Shown piece by piece: positions 11,830 to 24,600 of a stretch of 64,000 nucleotides of DNA. The DNA is from Stegostoma tigrinum (lineage: Eukaryota). How positions within the stretch are numbered: the first letter of the stretch is position 1; every line of letters begins with the position of its first letter. Made by a program: the position numbers and the translations under genes. The stretch lies in assembly GCF_030684315.1 (NCBI RefSeq), contig NC_081384.1, positions 31,458,935 to 31,522,934 on the forward strand, in the 5' to 3' direction. A model generated the notes under the pieces. It ran no database searches and was not told the origin of the DNA. It was given only the letters and a program-made list of their open reading frames with translations.

Positions 11830-11988
11830 TATATCGGAGGCACTGGCGAGGTGTGGCCATGACATTCGAAAAGTGAAACCAGTTTCCGGGAGTTTTCAAT
11901 GATCAGAGGAGAGCAAGTGTGTGTGCTCTCTGTCTGACGGAAGGAATCTGAAAGCTGGAGATTCCTGAAGGAGCGAGTGGAAGATCCC
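11830..11988 (-). promoter_or_regulatory. IFN gene 2 promoter (IRF and kB-like sites; TATA changed to GATATA)
   Basis: GAAAAGTGAAACC 11868-11880; GGGAGTTTTC 11888-11897; GGAAGATCCC 11979-11988. Confidence 0.65.
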
Positions 11989-12734
11989 TGACAGAAAATA
12001 ACAAAACGAGTGTTCGAGACAAGCTCAAAGATCCGACAATTCCTTCCAAAATCATTTAAAGCATTATTGGAAAACCGAATACTTTCTCTCAATTAAAACG
12101 GATATACGGGCATTATTGGAGCAATGGGTTAGATTGCTGAATTATATTTCTTCAATCAAAACGACAAACGAGACTCGGACTATGTGTACATCTTAAAAAT
12201 AACTCATCTCTCGCCTCCTCTGCAACCTTTCAAAGACTGAACCACAGCTTTGTCGTTCAAGGTCTCTCTGCTCGACGGACCGATCTGGCTGGGACTGCAT
12301 TCCGTTGCTCCCATTCTGATCAAACTCATTGTAGCCAGAGAATGATCACATCTCTTCACACTCCAACCTGCTCACACACTCTCACTGTCAGCTGACCCTA
12401 ACGACCTCCTCTTGTTCCCTTTCTGCATCGCTCCGTGATGGCCTCTATTGGACAAAATACAAACAGCAGCCTTAGATTCCAAGCCTTGTCAGGACTCAAT
12501 GCTCTCCCTCTGTACATCTCCGCAACTTTCCAACCGCACTGCATTTTCACCCTCCATATTTATCATCCATAGCCGCCAGCATGGCAGTGCCGATGAGAGC
12601 GACCAGCAGAGCCCAGGCTCACACTCACAGCACTCGGCAGCACAGGCGGTCGCTCCGGCTCACAATCCGCTCCGACTTCACACTGACCGCTTTCTCATCT
12701 TCCGCCTCGGTGCTCCCTTCTGGCTCGGTGCAAC

Positions 12735-12866
12735 ATGGCTCTGGCGACGGTTTGGAGATTTTGGATGGTGCTGGGGTTGGTGTCCGGGAGCCTGAGTCTG
12801 GGCTGTGAGAGGCTGCAGTTACAGCAAGTTCTCAACACAGAGACTCTGAGCAAACTGCACGAAATA
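12735..12866 (+). other. Orphan intact IFN exon 1 with truncated promoter (possible alternative first exon for gene 3)
   Basis: 132 nt, MALATVWRFWMVLGLVSGSLSLGCERLQLQQVLNTETLSKLHEI, donor GTGAGT at 12867. Upstream homology to the 5610 module stops near 12572, just short of the TTTAAA and IRF elements. Confidence 0.85.
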
Positions 12867-14172
12867 GTGAGTGTCAGCTGATCTATATTGACTGTTCTGG
12901 TCCGTGATTCATCAGTTGTCCACTTACAAACCCAAAACATTTAAGAATACTTAAGTAGGGTGGTTGCTTCAACTGTGCAGGGAGCCGCTTAGGCCGTTTC
13001 TCGAGTCGGGTGGACCCTTTTTTAAGGAAGGAATTAAAATGAAATGGAAACAGGACAGAGAGGTTTCACCAGAGTAATGGCTGAAATTGATTCACGACGA
13101 ATTGTTGTTCAAGGCTCGGCATGTGTCCGCTGGAGTTTCGAAGAGAAGGAAAGGATCTTGACCAAAATGAAACAGTGGTTTGAATCTTCCCGGGGACAGC
13201 GGTGTCTATTGTGGCCCAAAATGGGAATTGGGTGTCGTTGTTAGCTGTGTTCCGGTGAGTGCCAGGGGAAGGGAAAAGGGATTTGGGAGTAAGGCTGTAA
13301 GGACGGACGAGGAGCAGCGTGAGAGCTTTCCTTCCCCATGACAGGTGGGAAGCGATGAATGTTTATGTTTTTGATTAATCTGATACTGGAGGCATTGCTT
13401 AAATCTGAGTTTTTTTATAATCCAAGGAGGAGGGTGACTACGGTTGAGCTGTGCGTCAAAATTTCACCTCGGGATCTAAGATAAAAATCAGATTTCCAAT
13501 AGTCTGGGTCTGTGACAGAAGGAAGTGCTTGAGAGCTGAAAGGTCGGGTGGGGGGCTGATTAAATTGAATCAGAAGGAATGATTTTCTGTTTGTGAAAAT
13601 AAAAAAGATCTGCTGCAAACGTCTTGATCTGTAACTACCCGAAATGTTGACTATGGGTAGCGAATCTACAGTGATAATGTACAGCTATTAGCATGGAATC
13701 TGAGGCTGCATTTTCTAAATTGACCCTCAGTGGACAGCATGTAGGTAAGTGAAGTGGGGTCAACGACACGTCATTGGGGCCCCTCTCAGCGGCAGGGGCT
13801 GAGCAGTTTGCGGAGTGAAGAGATGTGATTGCGGGTTTTCTGAGGCAGAACAGAGCAGGAGCGAGGGAAAGCAGTCCCAGCCGTGGAGAAGACGGAACTT
13901 GAACGAAAAAGCTGTGGTCCATTGTGTTAAAGGTCACGGAGAGGCGAGAATGCCAAGAAATCCTTTATCCTGTTCTCAGGTACATTTCGTGTTGTTTATG
14001 GTTTTAATGAAACAAATATAATTCAAATACCAAATCAATTGTTCCAACCATATCAGTGGATGAGTTCCACTTGGAAAAATAGCCAAGCTCCCAAAAATGT
14101 TATCAATAATATTTGGGAGAAATTCTCGGACCTATGAGTTTGCCTCGCACTCTGGCTGTGTGTTTTTTATCA

Positions 14173-14300
14173 GGGATCTTCCACTCCCTGCTTCAGAAAT
14201 CTCCAGAATTCAGATTCCTTTCCTCAGACAGCGAGAACCCAGAGGTTTTCTTGCTCTCTTATACCACGTTCAAAACTTCCACAAACAGGTTTCACTTTTC
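14173..14300 (+). promoter_or_regulatory. IFN gene 3 promoter
   Basis: GGGATCTTCC 14173-14182; GGTTTCACTTTTC 14288-14300. Confidence 0.6.
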
Positions 14301-14572
14301 GAATGTCATGCCGACACTTCGCCAGTCCCCCCACCGATAGAAACCGGTGCTCAGGCAGTAGCAGATCCGAGCTCAGGCCAACCTCGCTCGATCACACACA
14401 CAGACACTCGCTCAGGACTCGACACTTAAGGAAATCGCTTTGACTTGACAAGCAGCTGCATTGCGACGCCCCCAGTTTAAATCAATAACAAAGGAGCCGT
14501 TTGGGAGTTGGAACCAGACCCAGTCGTGATCAGATTCTTCCGGTCAGAGTTTCCCCGCTATCTCGGTGCAGC

Positions 14573-17443
14573 ATGGCTCTGGCAAGAATTTGGAGACTCT
14601 GGGTGATGCTGGTCTTAGTGTCCGGGAGCCTGAGCCTGGGCTGTGAGAGGCTGCAAGTTACAGCAAGTTCTCAACACAGAGACTCTGAGCAAACTGAATG
14701 AAATGGTGAGTTTCAGCTGACCCCACAACAGAATCTGAATCTCACCGGGATTTTACTTTGCTAATTGTCAGATCAGGGAGAAATAGAATTCCTTTGTGTG
14801 CAATTCGCTCTCTGTGATACTCCAGTAACTCATTTTGTGGGACTGAAAGTAACTGGGACTGTTTTCTCATCTCAGGGCGGACCCTTTCCCCTACACTGCC
14901 TAAGCCAGAGGTTCTCGTTGAAAACGAAGTCGTTGAACCTTGCGAAACTTTCCAGCGGACTGGAGGTGAGTGAAAACTCGATTGGTTTTATTCAGATGGA
15001 GACGATAGAGAATGTACGTGTGAGATTAATGGCATGATCAGAGCGTTCGACATTGAACATCAGTGATTACCACCCATTGTATAAATCGCCAAAGCGTATC
15101 GGCGTCGTTTTGTTTCTCTCTTTTCCTCGTTCACTAATTCCCTTCCTGTTCTTTAAATCTCCTTATGACAAACCCTCCCCCTGAGACGATGTCAAAACCT
15201 CTCCCGACCCCATCCCTCAGACCCACCTACCCACCTCATCCAAAAGCCTTTCCTGTCTATCACGCCGCTCGAACTATCTTGTTTCACTCAATCTCAATGC
15301 CGCTCACTGACCTCATCTCTTTTCTCATAGTTTCTCACGTTCGCATTGCTCAGGCTTCCTGAAACCTTCTCAAATTATCACAATCTAACTCTCCCTTAAA
15401 ATCTCACTTACTCCGTTTCGCCAATCCCTCCAATCCTGATGGGCTCATTCCTGTCTGGCTTCCATTGGCAGTGAGATGTGAACCACAGAGGCCAGTTAAT
15501 TTCTGCAAACACAGCACCGCGCTGCATCCAAAGAGTCAATCTCTCTCCTGAATGCACAAACTGAATCAATTCACCAATTAATCCCACGCACCTGCCCCAT
15601 AACATAACACACCTTCCGCTTTAACTCTATATCAACATCACTTTTAAAAATTATTCTCGGAGCTTCTTTTCACCACGCGGCCAGTACATTCAAATACACA
15701 CAGTTGGCTGATTAATATTCCTACAACAACCCTTCAGCTAGGTGCTAATGTGATGCTATTTTGCATAGATCGCATTTATGCACTTTGTGGCTATTTACTG
15801 AGACGCATTTTATTCTCCTTGCCTACTTCATGGGATTCTCTTATTTATCCTTTATAAGCGGGAGATCATTGCTGTCTGGCTCAGCAAATCTCTGAACTAT
15901 GAAAGATGAGACGACTGCAGCCCTTCCACAGTAATCATTCCATGCTATGTGTTTACTCCACTCGAGAATCTTTGTCTGGTTTTAGCATTGTTAGTATCTG
16001 TCCCTGCTATTTCAATGTTGTGCCCCATTTCCCTGAAGTGCATTTTCAGTATTCACTGAATTACTTTTGGCTTGCCGCAAGGAACATTCACTCGGACTGT
16101 CACTGAGAGTCAATTTGCTTGTTGAAAGTGCAACGCTCTCGCTGAACAGATGGCCCACTTTCTATTAGAAAGGGTAACAATCTGTGACTAAGTAAGTAAG
16201 TTAAGGAAGTACCGAACTGAAGGGAAGGGAATGTAATGTTGAAAAGATTAGTGACTGAACAGAAGATGAGAGAAGTTTTAAAAAATAGATAATTATGCCT
16301 AAAAATAATAGAGCAAAAAATAGGCTATGAGAATAAACTAGCAAAAATAAAGCTTCTCCATTCGTAATATAGGAAAGAAGACAACTGAAATATATGTTGA
16401 TACATTATAGCCTGAAATTGGCGAATATTTAATTGGAAGCAAAGAAATGACAGAGACTTTGAACAAATATTTTGTATTTGTTATCTGTTTATTCTCTCTT
16501 CAATTTCTCATCAACCTCTACTTTCCTGTAACATTTAATACCTTTGTTTTCTAAATAAAATAAATTCAACTCACATTCATTCTTCAGTCTTGACCTCAAC
16601 CTCAAAGTGGAAATTACATAATTTACAACCTTATCAACATGTTTTCGTTGAATTAAAACTTTTTAAAAATATGTTAATCTTCCTTTTCGTGTTACACACT
16701 AATCAATCTTTTATTTTTTAGTTCGTTCTCCCTCTTGATTGAGCCTGTGTCCTTACGATAGGAAGTACTGAATATTAGTAATGCAGAAGCTTTTCTGTTT
16801 CACTATAACATAGACAATTCGGAGTTACAAAGAACTCCAACTGGTCACGTCATTTTCTATGCATCAAAGCCCCTCTGTACATATTTTCAAAATATTGATT
16901 TAAAGAATTGAATTACTCAAATTCTATTCATTCTCATGAAAGCCTATAATGAATGGGAATAAATTTCTCTTTCCAAATCTTGTGTGCCTTGTTCAGGCTC
17001 AGGAGAGAATTCAAATAATCCATCAAACCCTGCACCTCATCAACAAGATCTACAGAATTAACCTGGGTTCAGTGACATGGGCTTGGGACAAGGTGGAAAA
17101 CTATCTTCTTCTCCTGGATCTACAGCTCAGAGAATTGGAAGACTGCCTGAGGAAATCAGGGTGTGACCACAAGATGAAGAGAAATGCTGCCATTCAACTG
17201 TATTTCAGGAAATTGGAGAAGTTCCTAAAACACGAGGTATAACAATTGATAACGAACTGTGTGCTTCCTAACAAACAATTGTTTTGCCAACATTTAACTC
17301 GTTTCATTCTCAAATGCATTTGCTTGAATATTCTACCTTTTCAGAAATTCAGTGACTGTTCCTGGGAAATAATCCATGCTGAGAGCAGAGCCCGTTTACA
17401 ACAGCTGCATTCCATTATGGCACAAGTCAGCACAAGAAACTGA
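14573..17443 (+). pseudogene. IFN1: Type I interferon, gene 3; +1 frameshift in exon 1, exons 2-4 intact
   Basis: Exons 14573-14705 (133 nt; CTGCAAGTTA versus CTGCAGTTA in paralogs, extra A at 14655/14656, giving TGA at 14699-14701), 14876-14965, 16997-17236, 17345-17443 (KFSDCSWEIIHAESRARLQQLHSIMAQVSTRN*). The extra base could be a sequencing error. Confidence 0.85.
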
Positions 17444-18677
17444 AAAGAACATTTTTTACTACAGATCAGGGAAATGAATATTTAATTCCAAAACTTTCTT
17501 TTGAAAATATATATTTATGTTTGCAAGAAATGTTTTGTACATTGGTAACAGTGAAAGTGTTACTCGGATTATGCAATTCAATTCATTGCTATTTATTGTT
17601 GTGATATTTTCTCATGTTGCAATGTTGAAGTTTCACTGTGTGTGGAATCTGTTTTGAGATGTCAGACTTGCAAAGACATGGGTTTGCACTTCAGTGATAT
17701 CTGAGACACATTGATGTTGCCACGTATTTGCCAATCATGCAACCCATCTCAGTTATTCCAAATTATTCCTATTTATTGACATGTTGTCTTAATTTATTGA
17801 ACAGCGACAGTTTTATATGGAATGTTAAGTAACTTAATTTTTTGTTAAATTATTGCTATTTATTATACATTTTGGAGTACACTATTTATACAACTGGGAA
17901 TTTTGTACACTGAATAAGAGCTCATTGATTTAAATAAATTGGCCTCGATAATACATTTACTGAACGGACGCTGTGCTTCTTGTAATTTGATCTTTTGATA
18001 ATGAGTATAAATGCTGAGGATATTTCTGTCTCAATTCCTGTTACTCTGGCTCCTCCTCATCAACAATCTCCATTTTGCACAATTGTTTTTTCTTCTGAAC
18101 TTTGTATTTTGGTTCAGCAGCAAAAGTGGACTGACTTTTGGATGCTGAGACGGAAAGGGTAACACTGGTTGAAGGGAGCAACAAATGGAATAAGTGGCTT
18201 GAAGTGACCTGAGAATGCTGAATGCTGACAGTATCAGCCATTGAATACCGACAGGGGAAGCAGACAATGTCTGAAAATGACATCGCTCAGCGTAAAGGAA
18301 GTCAAAATATGATGAGTGCTATTATAACTCACAGCATCTTGGCTTGCATGGCGATAGTCTGTTTTGGTGCAAAATATGTCATCACATACACATGCAAATA
18401 GATGTACAGAGGCAGGCCGCTTAAGACCTCAATTGTCACCGCTATTCTGTTACAGTTTTATCAGATTGTGGCCTTGACTCAAATTTGCAGCTCACACCTA
18501 ATGGCCTTGAGGGAAACAGAAATTTCTGGAGAAACCCATATGGTATGGCAGCACCGGTGGAGAGAAATCAGAGTGAACAATTTTAGATCAGCTCTGAAGT
18601 ACGGTCATAAGACTAAAAATGTTAATTCTGCTTTCTCACCACACTTGCTGCGAGACAGTCGATTTTCTCCAAATACT

Positions 18678-18890
18678 GATCAGAGATAATGGGAACTGCA
18701 GATGCTGGAGAATCCAAGATAACAAAGTGTGGAGCTGGAAGAACACAGCAGGCCAAGCAGCATCCTAGGAGCACAAAAGCTGATGTTTCGGGCCTAGACC
18801 CTTCGTCAGAGGTCTCTGATGAAGAGTCTAGGCCCGAAACGTCAGCTTTTGTGCTCCTAGGATGCTGCTTGGCCGGCTGTGTTCATCCAG
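18678..18890. mobile_element. Penelope-derived head-to-head palindromic element
   Basis: 14-bp TSD TTTCTCCAAATACT (18664-18677, 18891-18904); long inverted arms centred near 18812, with a hammerhead-like core on each strand. Confidence 0.85.
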
Positions 18891-19549
18891 TTTCTCCAAA
18901 TACTCCTGTTTTTATCTTCAAACTTCCAGTGCCTGAGTTCTTTGTTTGCTTTCAGATGCTGAAAACTTCCAATTTATTTGTTTATTAAAGATCGCTCCAG
19001 TTTAGACTTGAATAGATTAAATGCCACGGATTTTGAGTGGGGAAATTTCGTGATTAGAAATTCTGTTACCAGTATAAATGGTATCACCTCCATCTGAAAG
19101 GGAGACTGCTCATATTCAACCAGTGCCCACAGTTGTAGGTTCCACAAAGGCACAAATATCTTAATTACATTTATTCACGCAGATTTTATCAGACCCTTAA
19201 CTGTTTCAGAAAAGTCACCACCTCATTCAGCACAACTGCAATAAATGCACGCCTAGGCTGCTAAGCATTTTCACGTGAGCCAGCATTGTCATTCCAGAAT
19301 CAACCGAGTGAATCCATTGTGAGCTGTACCTGATGATGGGTATATCCTATTTAATTAATGAGCCTAAACATTATATAATTCGCCCACGTGGTCAAGTTGC
19401 ACAAGTATCTAATGCAGTGGTAAAAATCCTTCCCTACCTTACCACACCTTCATCCCCGCAAAACGTCGAATATGCCAGATGACTTTTGATTTTCTTATTG
19501 AAACGTCGGTCAAGATTATGCTGTCTGGACTATCATTTATTCGTTTTCT

Positions 19550-19970
19550 CTAGTTACCTTTGAGAAGGTGGTAGAATTTTGCAGTTTTGTACTGCTGCAA
19601 TCCATGTCGGGTTTGACTGACAATGCTGTTGGGGAGGAACCAACAATGTTTTGAACCAATGGCACTGAACCAATGCTGATGCAATCCCAAGACAGGACGG
19701 CGAGTGGGCTTGGTGTGGAACATGCTGCTGGTAGTGTTCCCATGTGTCGGCTCTCGTGTGTTTTGATGGTCGAGCTTTTGGGTTTAAGAGCTGTTTTGTT
19801 TCAGCATTTGTTGCATTTATGCGGCGCATCTTGTAGGTCCTGTACATTGCTGGCAGCTGGCAGCGGTGGAGGGAATTAGTTATTGTGGATGCGGTGGCAG
19901 TTCTCAGCGATATAAACAGCCTCACATTTTCCCACAACAAGCTCCACCTGCATAAAGCTGCCAACTGCTT
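19550..19970 (-). mobile_element. Non-LTR retrotransposon 3' fragment
   Basis: Similar to blocks at about 34040-34230 and 34840-35120; family not assigned. Confidence 0.5.
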
Positions 19971-20794
19971 TAACCTCTTGATTACTCTTTGGATGCTCTG
20001 CAGGTCCTCCTCACAAATTGTTTTGTCACTTTATTTGATGACATTAGCATTTCTGTCATAATTTTTGTCTGACGCCCATTCAAAATAATAAAACCAGGTT
20101 ATCTGGTCTTTACTGTATTCCGCCTCGTGGGAGCTTGCTAAACTCAATTTGTTGAACATATGTCCTGCGTTTGAACTGAAAACTTGTCAAGTATTTTTTA
20201 AAGTTTTTGAACAGTGCCTTGGAAAGTTATTTGTTCATGACGGGTTATATAAATGTAGCTCCTCCCGTACTGCGTGATCTGGCCTCACATGCAAGCTGAT
20301 TGAATTCAGCATGCATGCACCGCCTTTGCAAATGTTTGCTGGTCATCGAAAATGCGCCAAATTTAACTGGAGAGTTTAGGTGTGTAACAGCAGTATCCAT
20401 GCATGAATGCATTTGCAGTGTATTTTGTAACAGTAAAATTATTCCCGCTAAGCACCAAATATAACTTCAAATGGACCCATATTGACTGAAGTGCCGTAGT
20501 CAACGACTTAAAACCAACAATTAATTCGTCTTTTTTGAGGACAAGACAGTTTCTGTACCAACTAGAAACAAAATCGTTTTAATGAGAAAATGAGCGTTTG
20601 AATGCATTTAAAATAAAATGTCCATTCTGTAAGTGTGTATGGTGGTTTCAAGTAAAAGTGATTTGGAGACATTTGCCCCTGAACCAACATGTTCCGGAAT
20701 ATCACAAACACTTTCCCACATGTTCCTTGTCCTGCCCCCTATCAGTCTGACCCGCTGTGTTTACAAACTCCTCTCTCTTTCGGAAATGACAAAA

Positions 20795-21500
20795 CGCGTC
20801 ACTTTCCCTGCGGCACTTTCGCTTTTGAGAAAATAGACACGAGGTACATTTGCAGAGAGAAACCGACAAAGACACTTTCCCGGGAGAGAGAGAGCAGAAA
20901 GAAGCGATGAAAGGAAAGGGAGAGGGATCACTTTCGGAATCCGAATCACCAGATCCTGGTGATTTCACACGGATCCTGAAAATGCCTCCCGAATCCGAGC
21001 TGGAAGTGGGAACCTTGCTCCAGTGAGGGAGCGGATTCTGGGCCAGGTGAATGTGAGCGGAGACAGTCGCCAGCAGCCGGTGAGCCAGGCCTGTGACCCG
21101 GGCTCCCTGTCATCTCCAACCTGGAAAATGGGAACGCGACTAGCGCCGTGTGAACGCACCGGGACACCGGGGATTTCCGCATACGGGGTCTCTATAATCC
21201 GGATTAGGACATCCAGCCCCAAGTACATATCCCCATACCCACCAAATCCCACCAGCCAAGTACAGAGCCTCCCCCTGCACCAGCTCAGTGCCCGATCATC
21301 TGAACACACTCAACATTCAGCTGCAAATCGAGCGCTGGTTGCGATTTTCGACCCGGGATTTTCCAGCCGCTGCTTCGGGAATCTCCAGCTTTTCGATTCT
21401 TTACCTCAGAAAGAAAGAGCACACATTCCTGCTCCAGGCGCTCCAAAAATCCTGGGAGCAGTTTTCACTTTTGGAATGTAATGTGCCCCTTTCGAGCCGC
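20795..21500 (+). promoter_or_regulatory. IFN gene 4 promoter/enhancer (inverted paralog of 5775-6460)
   Basis: GGGGATTTCC about 21170, GGGATTTTCC 21355-21364, GGGAATCTCC 21377-21386, GTTTTCACTTTT 21461-21472; TTTAAA replaced by TTTCGA. Confidence 0.62.
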
Positions 21501-21642
21501 CAGGAGCAACCAGCAGAGCCCAGGCTCACACTCACAGCACTCGGCAGCACAGGCGGTCGCTCCCGGGTCACAATCCGCTCCGACTGCACACTGACCGCTT
21601 TCTCATCTTCCACCTCGGTGCTACCTTCTGTCTCGGTGCAGC

Positions 21643-24600
21643 ATGTGTCTGGCGACGGTTTGGAGATTTTGGACGGTGCTGGGGTTGGTGTCCGGGAGCC
21701 TGAGTCTGGGCTGTGAGAGGCTGCAGCAAGTTCTCAACACAGAGACTCTGAGCAAACTGCACGAAATGGTGAGTGTCAGCTGCCCCCAGAACAGGATTGG
21801 GATCTCACTCTGTCCGTTATACTTTAGGAAGTGCTATGTGGGAGGTGGATATGATGGATTAAAGTCACTGTTAACAAAATTGCTGGAATTATTTGTGAGG
21901 GATGACAGGCAGGGTGATCATCGTACTTTGTTGGTACGTTTGATTGCGACAAGGAATTTTGGACAAAATGTAGAACTTCAAATGAGAAAACTTTTGTGTA
22001 GAACGGCTCAGCATGTGGCGGACTGAAATTACTTAGTTGAAATGAGAAGCGATTTATTTTTGATAGCAAGCACCGCCGAACAAAATGATTAAATTGTCAA
22101 GGGGCGCAGTGGCAGAGGGCCTTTTGCATATATCCGCTTAAATCCATGACAAATTGACAGAGAGGACAACGTGATAGAACTTCAAAACTTATCTACCTCC
22201 CGAGACTTTATCCATACGGCTAGAGAATATTATCTGTAAAGAAATTATATTAAACTTGAATAACAGTATAGGTTTGGCCTCAGTGGAATATCATGTGGTT
22301 GTTGGGCACTACACTTTAGCAACAAACTAAAGCAGTTCTGATGGATTCAGAAGGATAGGTGCAGGGATGAGCAACTTCAATACTGCATTTACATTGGAGA
22401 ATTGGGGAGTGGCTTCCTTGCAGAAAAGCATGTTGAGTGGATAATTTACTGAGGTATTTAAAGTGATGAGGTGGCAGTAATGGCAGAAGATCCAATGGTG
22501 ACATGAGGAATGGCCTCTTCATGTAATGAGTGGTTGGGAGCCGCCACATGCTGCCTGAGATTGTGGTGGAGAGCAATCAAAGGAGAAGGTGGAATATTTT
22601 CTTGAAAAGATGAAGGTAGAAGACCAAGTGTGTTAAATTCAGCAAACCAATCCAACTTCGGACAACCAACATAAAGGCGAAAGGCTGATTGGCTTCCTTT
22701 TGTGCAGTCACCATGTTGTGAAACTGCGTTGTTTGACCCTGAATGGAACTAGGAAATCAGCCTCTGAGGAACTGAGCAAATCACATACAGAGGAGATTAT
22801 AGGTCAGCATGTCTTCCAGGTGGTACATGTTAAAAATGGAGGTTGTATTGGTGAACAGAATCAACTATCAATGTCTGAAGGGGAAACTAAACAAAAGGAT
22901 CAGAACTAGAAATTAAGGGGAAATCAAATTTGAAGGGCACAATTGATTATCAGACCATTATTAATGATTTGAATCAGGAAAGTCAAATTTATACAGAGCC
23001 AAGTTTACAGATGCCACAAAAATAGGTCGGTGGCAAATGTTGAGAAATATGCCATGAGTATGCAGAAAGATTTAGACAAGATAAGTGAATAGGCAAAGAC
23101 TTAGCATGCAGGATGCAATATTGGAACATCTGATGTTATGCACATTGATAGGAAGAATAGAGCAGGAAGAATGGACAAGCATGGAAGAAAGTGAAAAATA
23201 AAAGAGATTTAGGAATCCTTCTGCATGAATCACAAAATTCAAGTTTAGCAAGTATTAGGGAAAACAAATGGAATGACGGCCTTAATTCAAAGGCTTCAGA
23301 GTATAAAAATAGCCGAGTCTTATTAAAAACAAACAAGATACTAGTTAGACCACACCTGGAATATTGTGACCAGTTTTGGTCCCCTTATCTCAGGAAAGAT
23401 TTATTGTCATTGAAGGCTGTGCAGAGAACCGTCACTAGGTTGAGCCAGAATAGGTAGGATTTGTTGTATGAAGAATGGTTGAATAGATTGGGCCTGGACT
23501 CTTTGGAGCTTAGAAGAATGAAAGGCCACCTTATTGAACAATGCTACATTCTTAGGAAACTTCACAGGATTGATGCAGAGATGTTGTTTTCTTTCGAGGG
23601 AAAGACTCGTATCACAGGCACAGTTTCAGAGTGTGCAGTCAGCCAGAGATGAGAAATTTCTGTTGTCAGAGATAGTGAATCTGTGATTTTTTTCATCACA
23701 GAGGCCTATCAAGTCTGGGTTGTTAAGTATATTCAACATTGAGATATTCAGCTTTTTAACCAGTAAAGCAATCAAGGGTTGTGTGGAAAGGGCAGGATGG
23801 TAGAGTTGATGGTTAACAGCTCAGTAACGGTGAAGCAGGGCTGATGGACTGTATATAAGATAACACGGTGTGAAGCTGGATGAACACAACAGGCCAAGCA
23901 GCATCAGAGGAGCAGGAAATCTGATGTTTCGGGTCGAGACCCTTCTTCAGCATCAACAGTTCCTACTATCTCTGTATCAATGACTGAATATCCTACTCCT
24001 GCTCCTACATCTTATGGTCTTTTGGAAGGGAATTGATCTTGAGGGAGGTTGGAAGCAAAAATGGTAAACTGAGGGCAAATGGGAGTATAAATGGAGAGGA
24101 GTATTTCAACAGTAGTTACTGATGTAGGTTAGAGTCAGGGAACATTATGGAAGTGGAAGTAGGCAGTCTTATTCATACTCACCTCTGGGTCAAACATGAA
24201 AGCAGGTTGGCAAAAGGTCTGGGTCAGACTCAGACAGTTTCCAGGGAGAGGGATGGCATCCATGACTCGGGAAGAGATATTCTGCTGGGGACCATAACAG
24301 TAGTTTCAGTGGTCTCAACATTGGAAATAGGAAAATGAGTAGGCTATTAGTCTCATTAAACCTGCTCCACTGTTTAATAAGATTATGACTGCCCTGACTA
24401 TGATTGTAACTTTACATTCTTGCCTTTCCCGGCACCCTCATTAGAAAAGCCCCCTCGTCTTCAGCTTAAGTAGGGGGTACCTGATTCTGAAACTGTCAAA
24501 TATGTTACAGATTCCCCCATAAAGGGGTACATCTCAGCATCTACTCAGTCAAATCCCCCCCCAAGAATCCATATTTTACAATAAGGTGACCTCTCATTAT

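Larger units (their letters stand above)
8375..12396. repeat. Tandem segmental duplication, copy B
   Basis: CGTAGTCGCACTCCTCACTC at 1 recurs at 8375; colinear to CTCACTGTCAGCTGAC. Confidence 0.95.
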
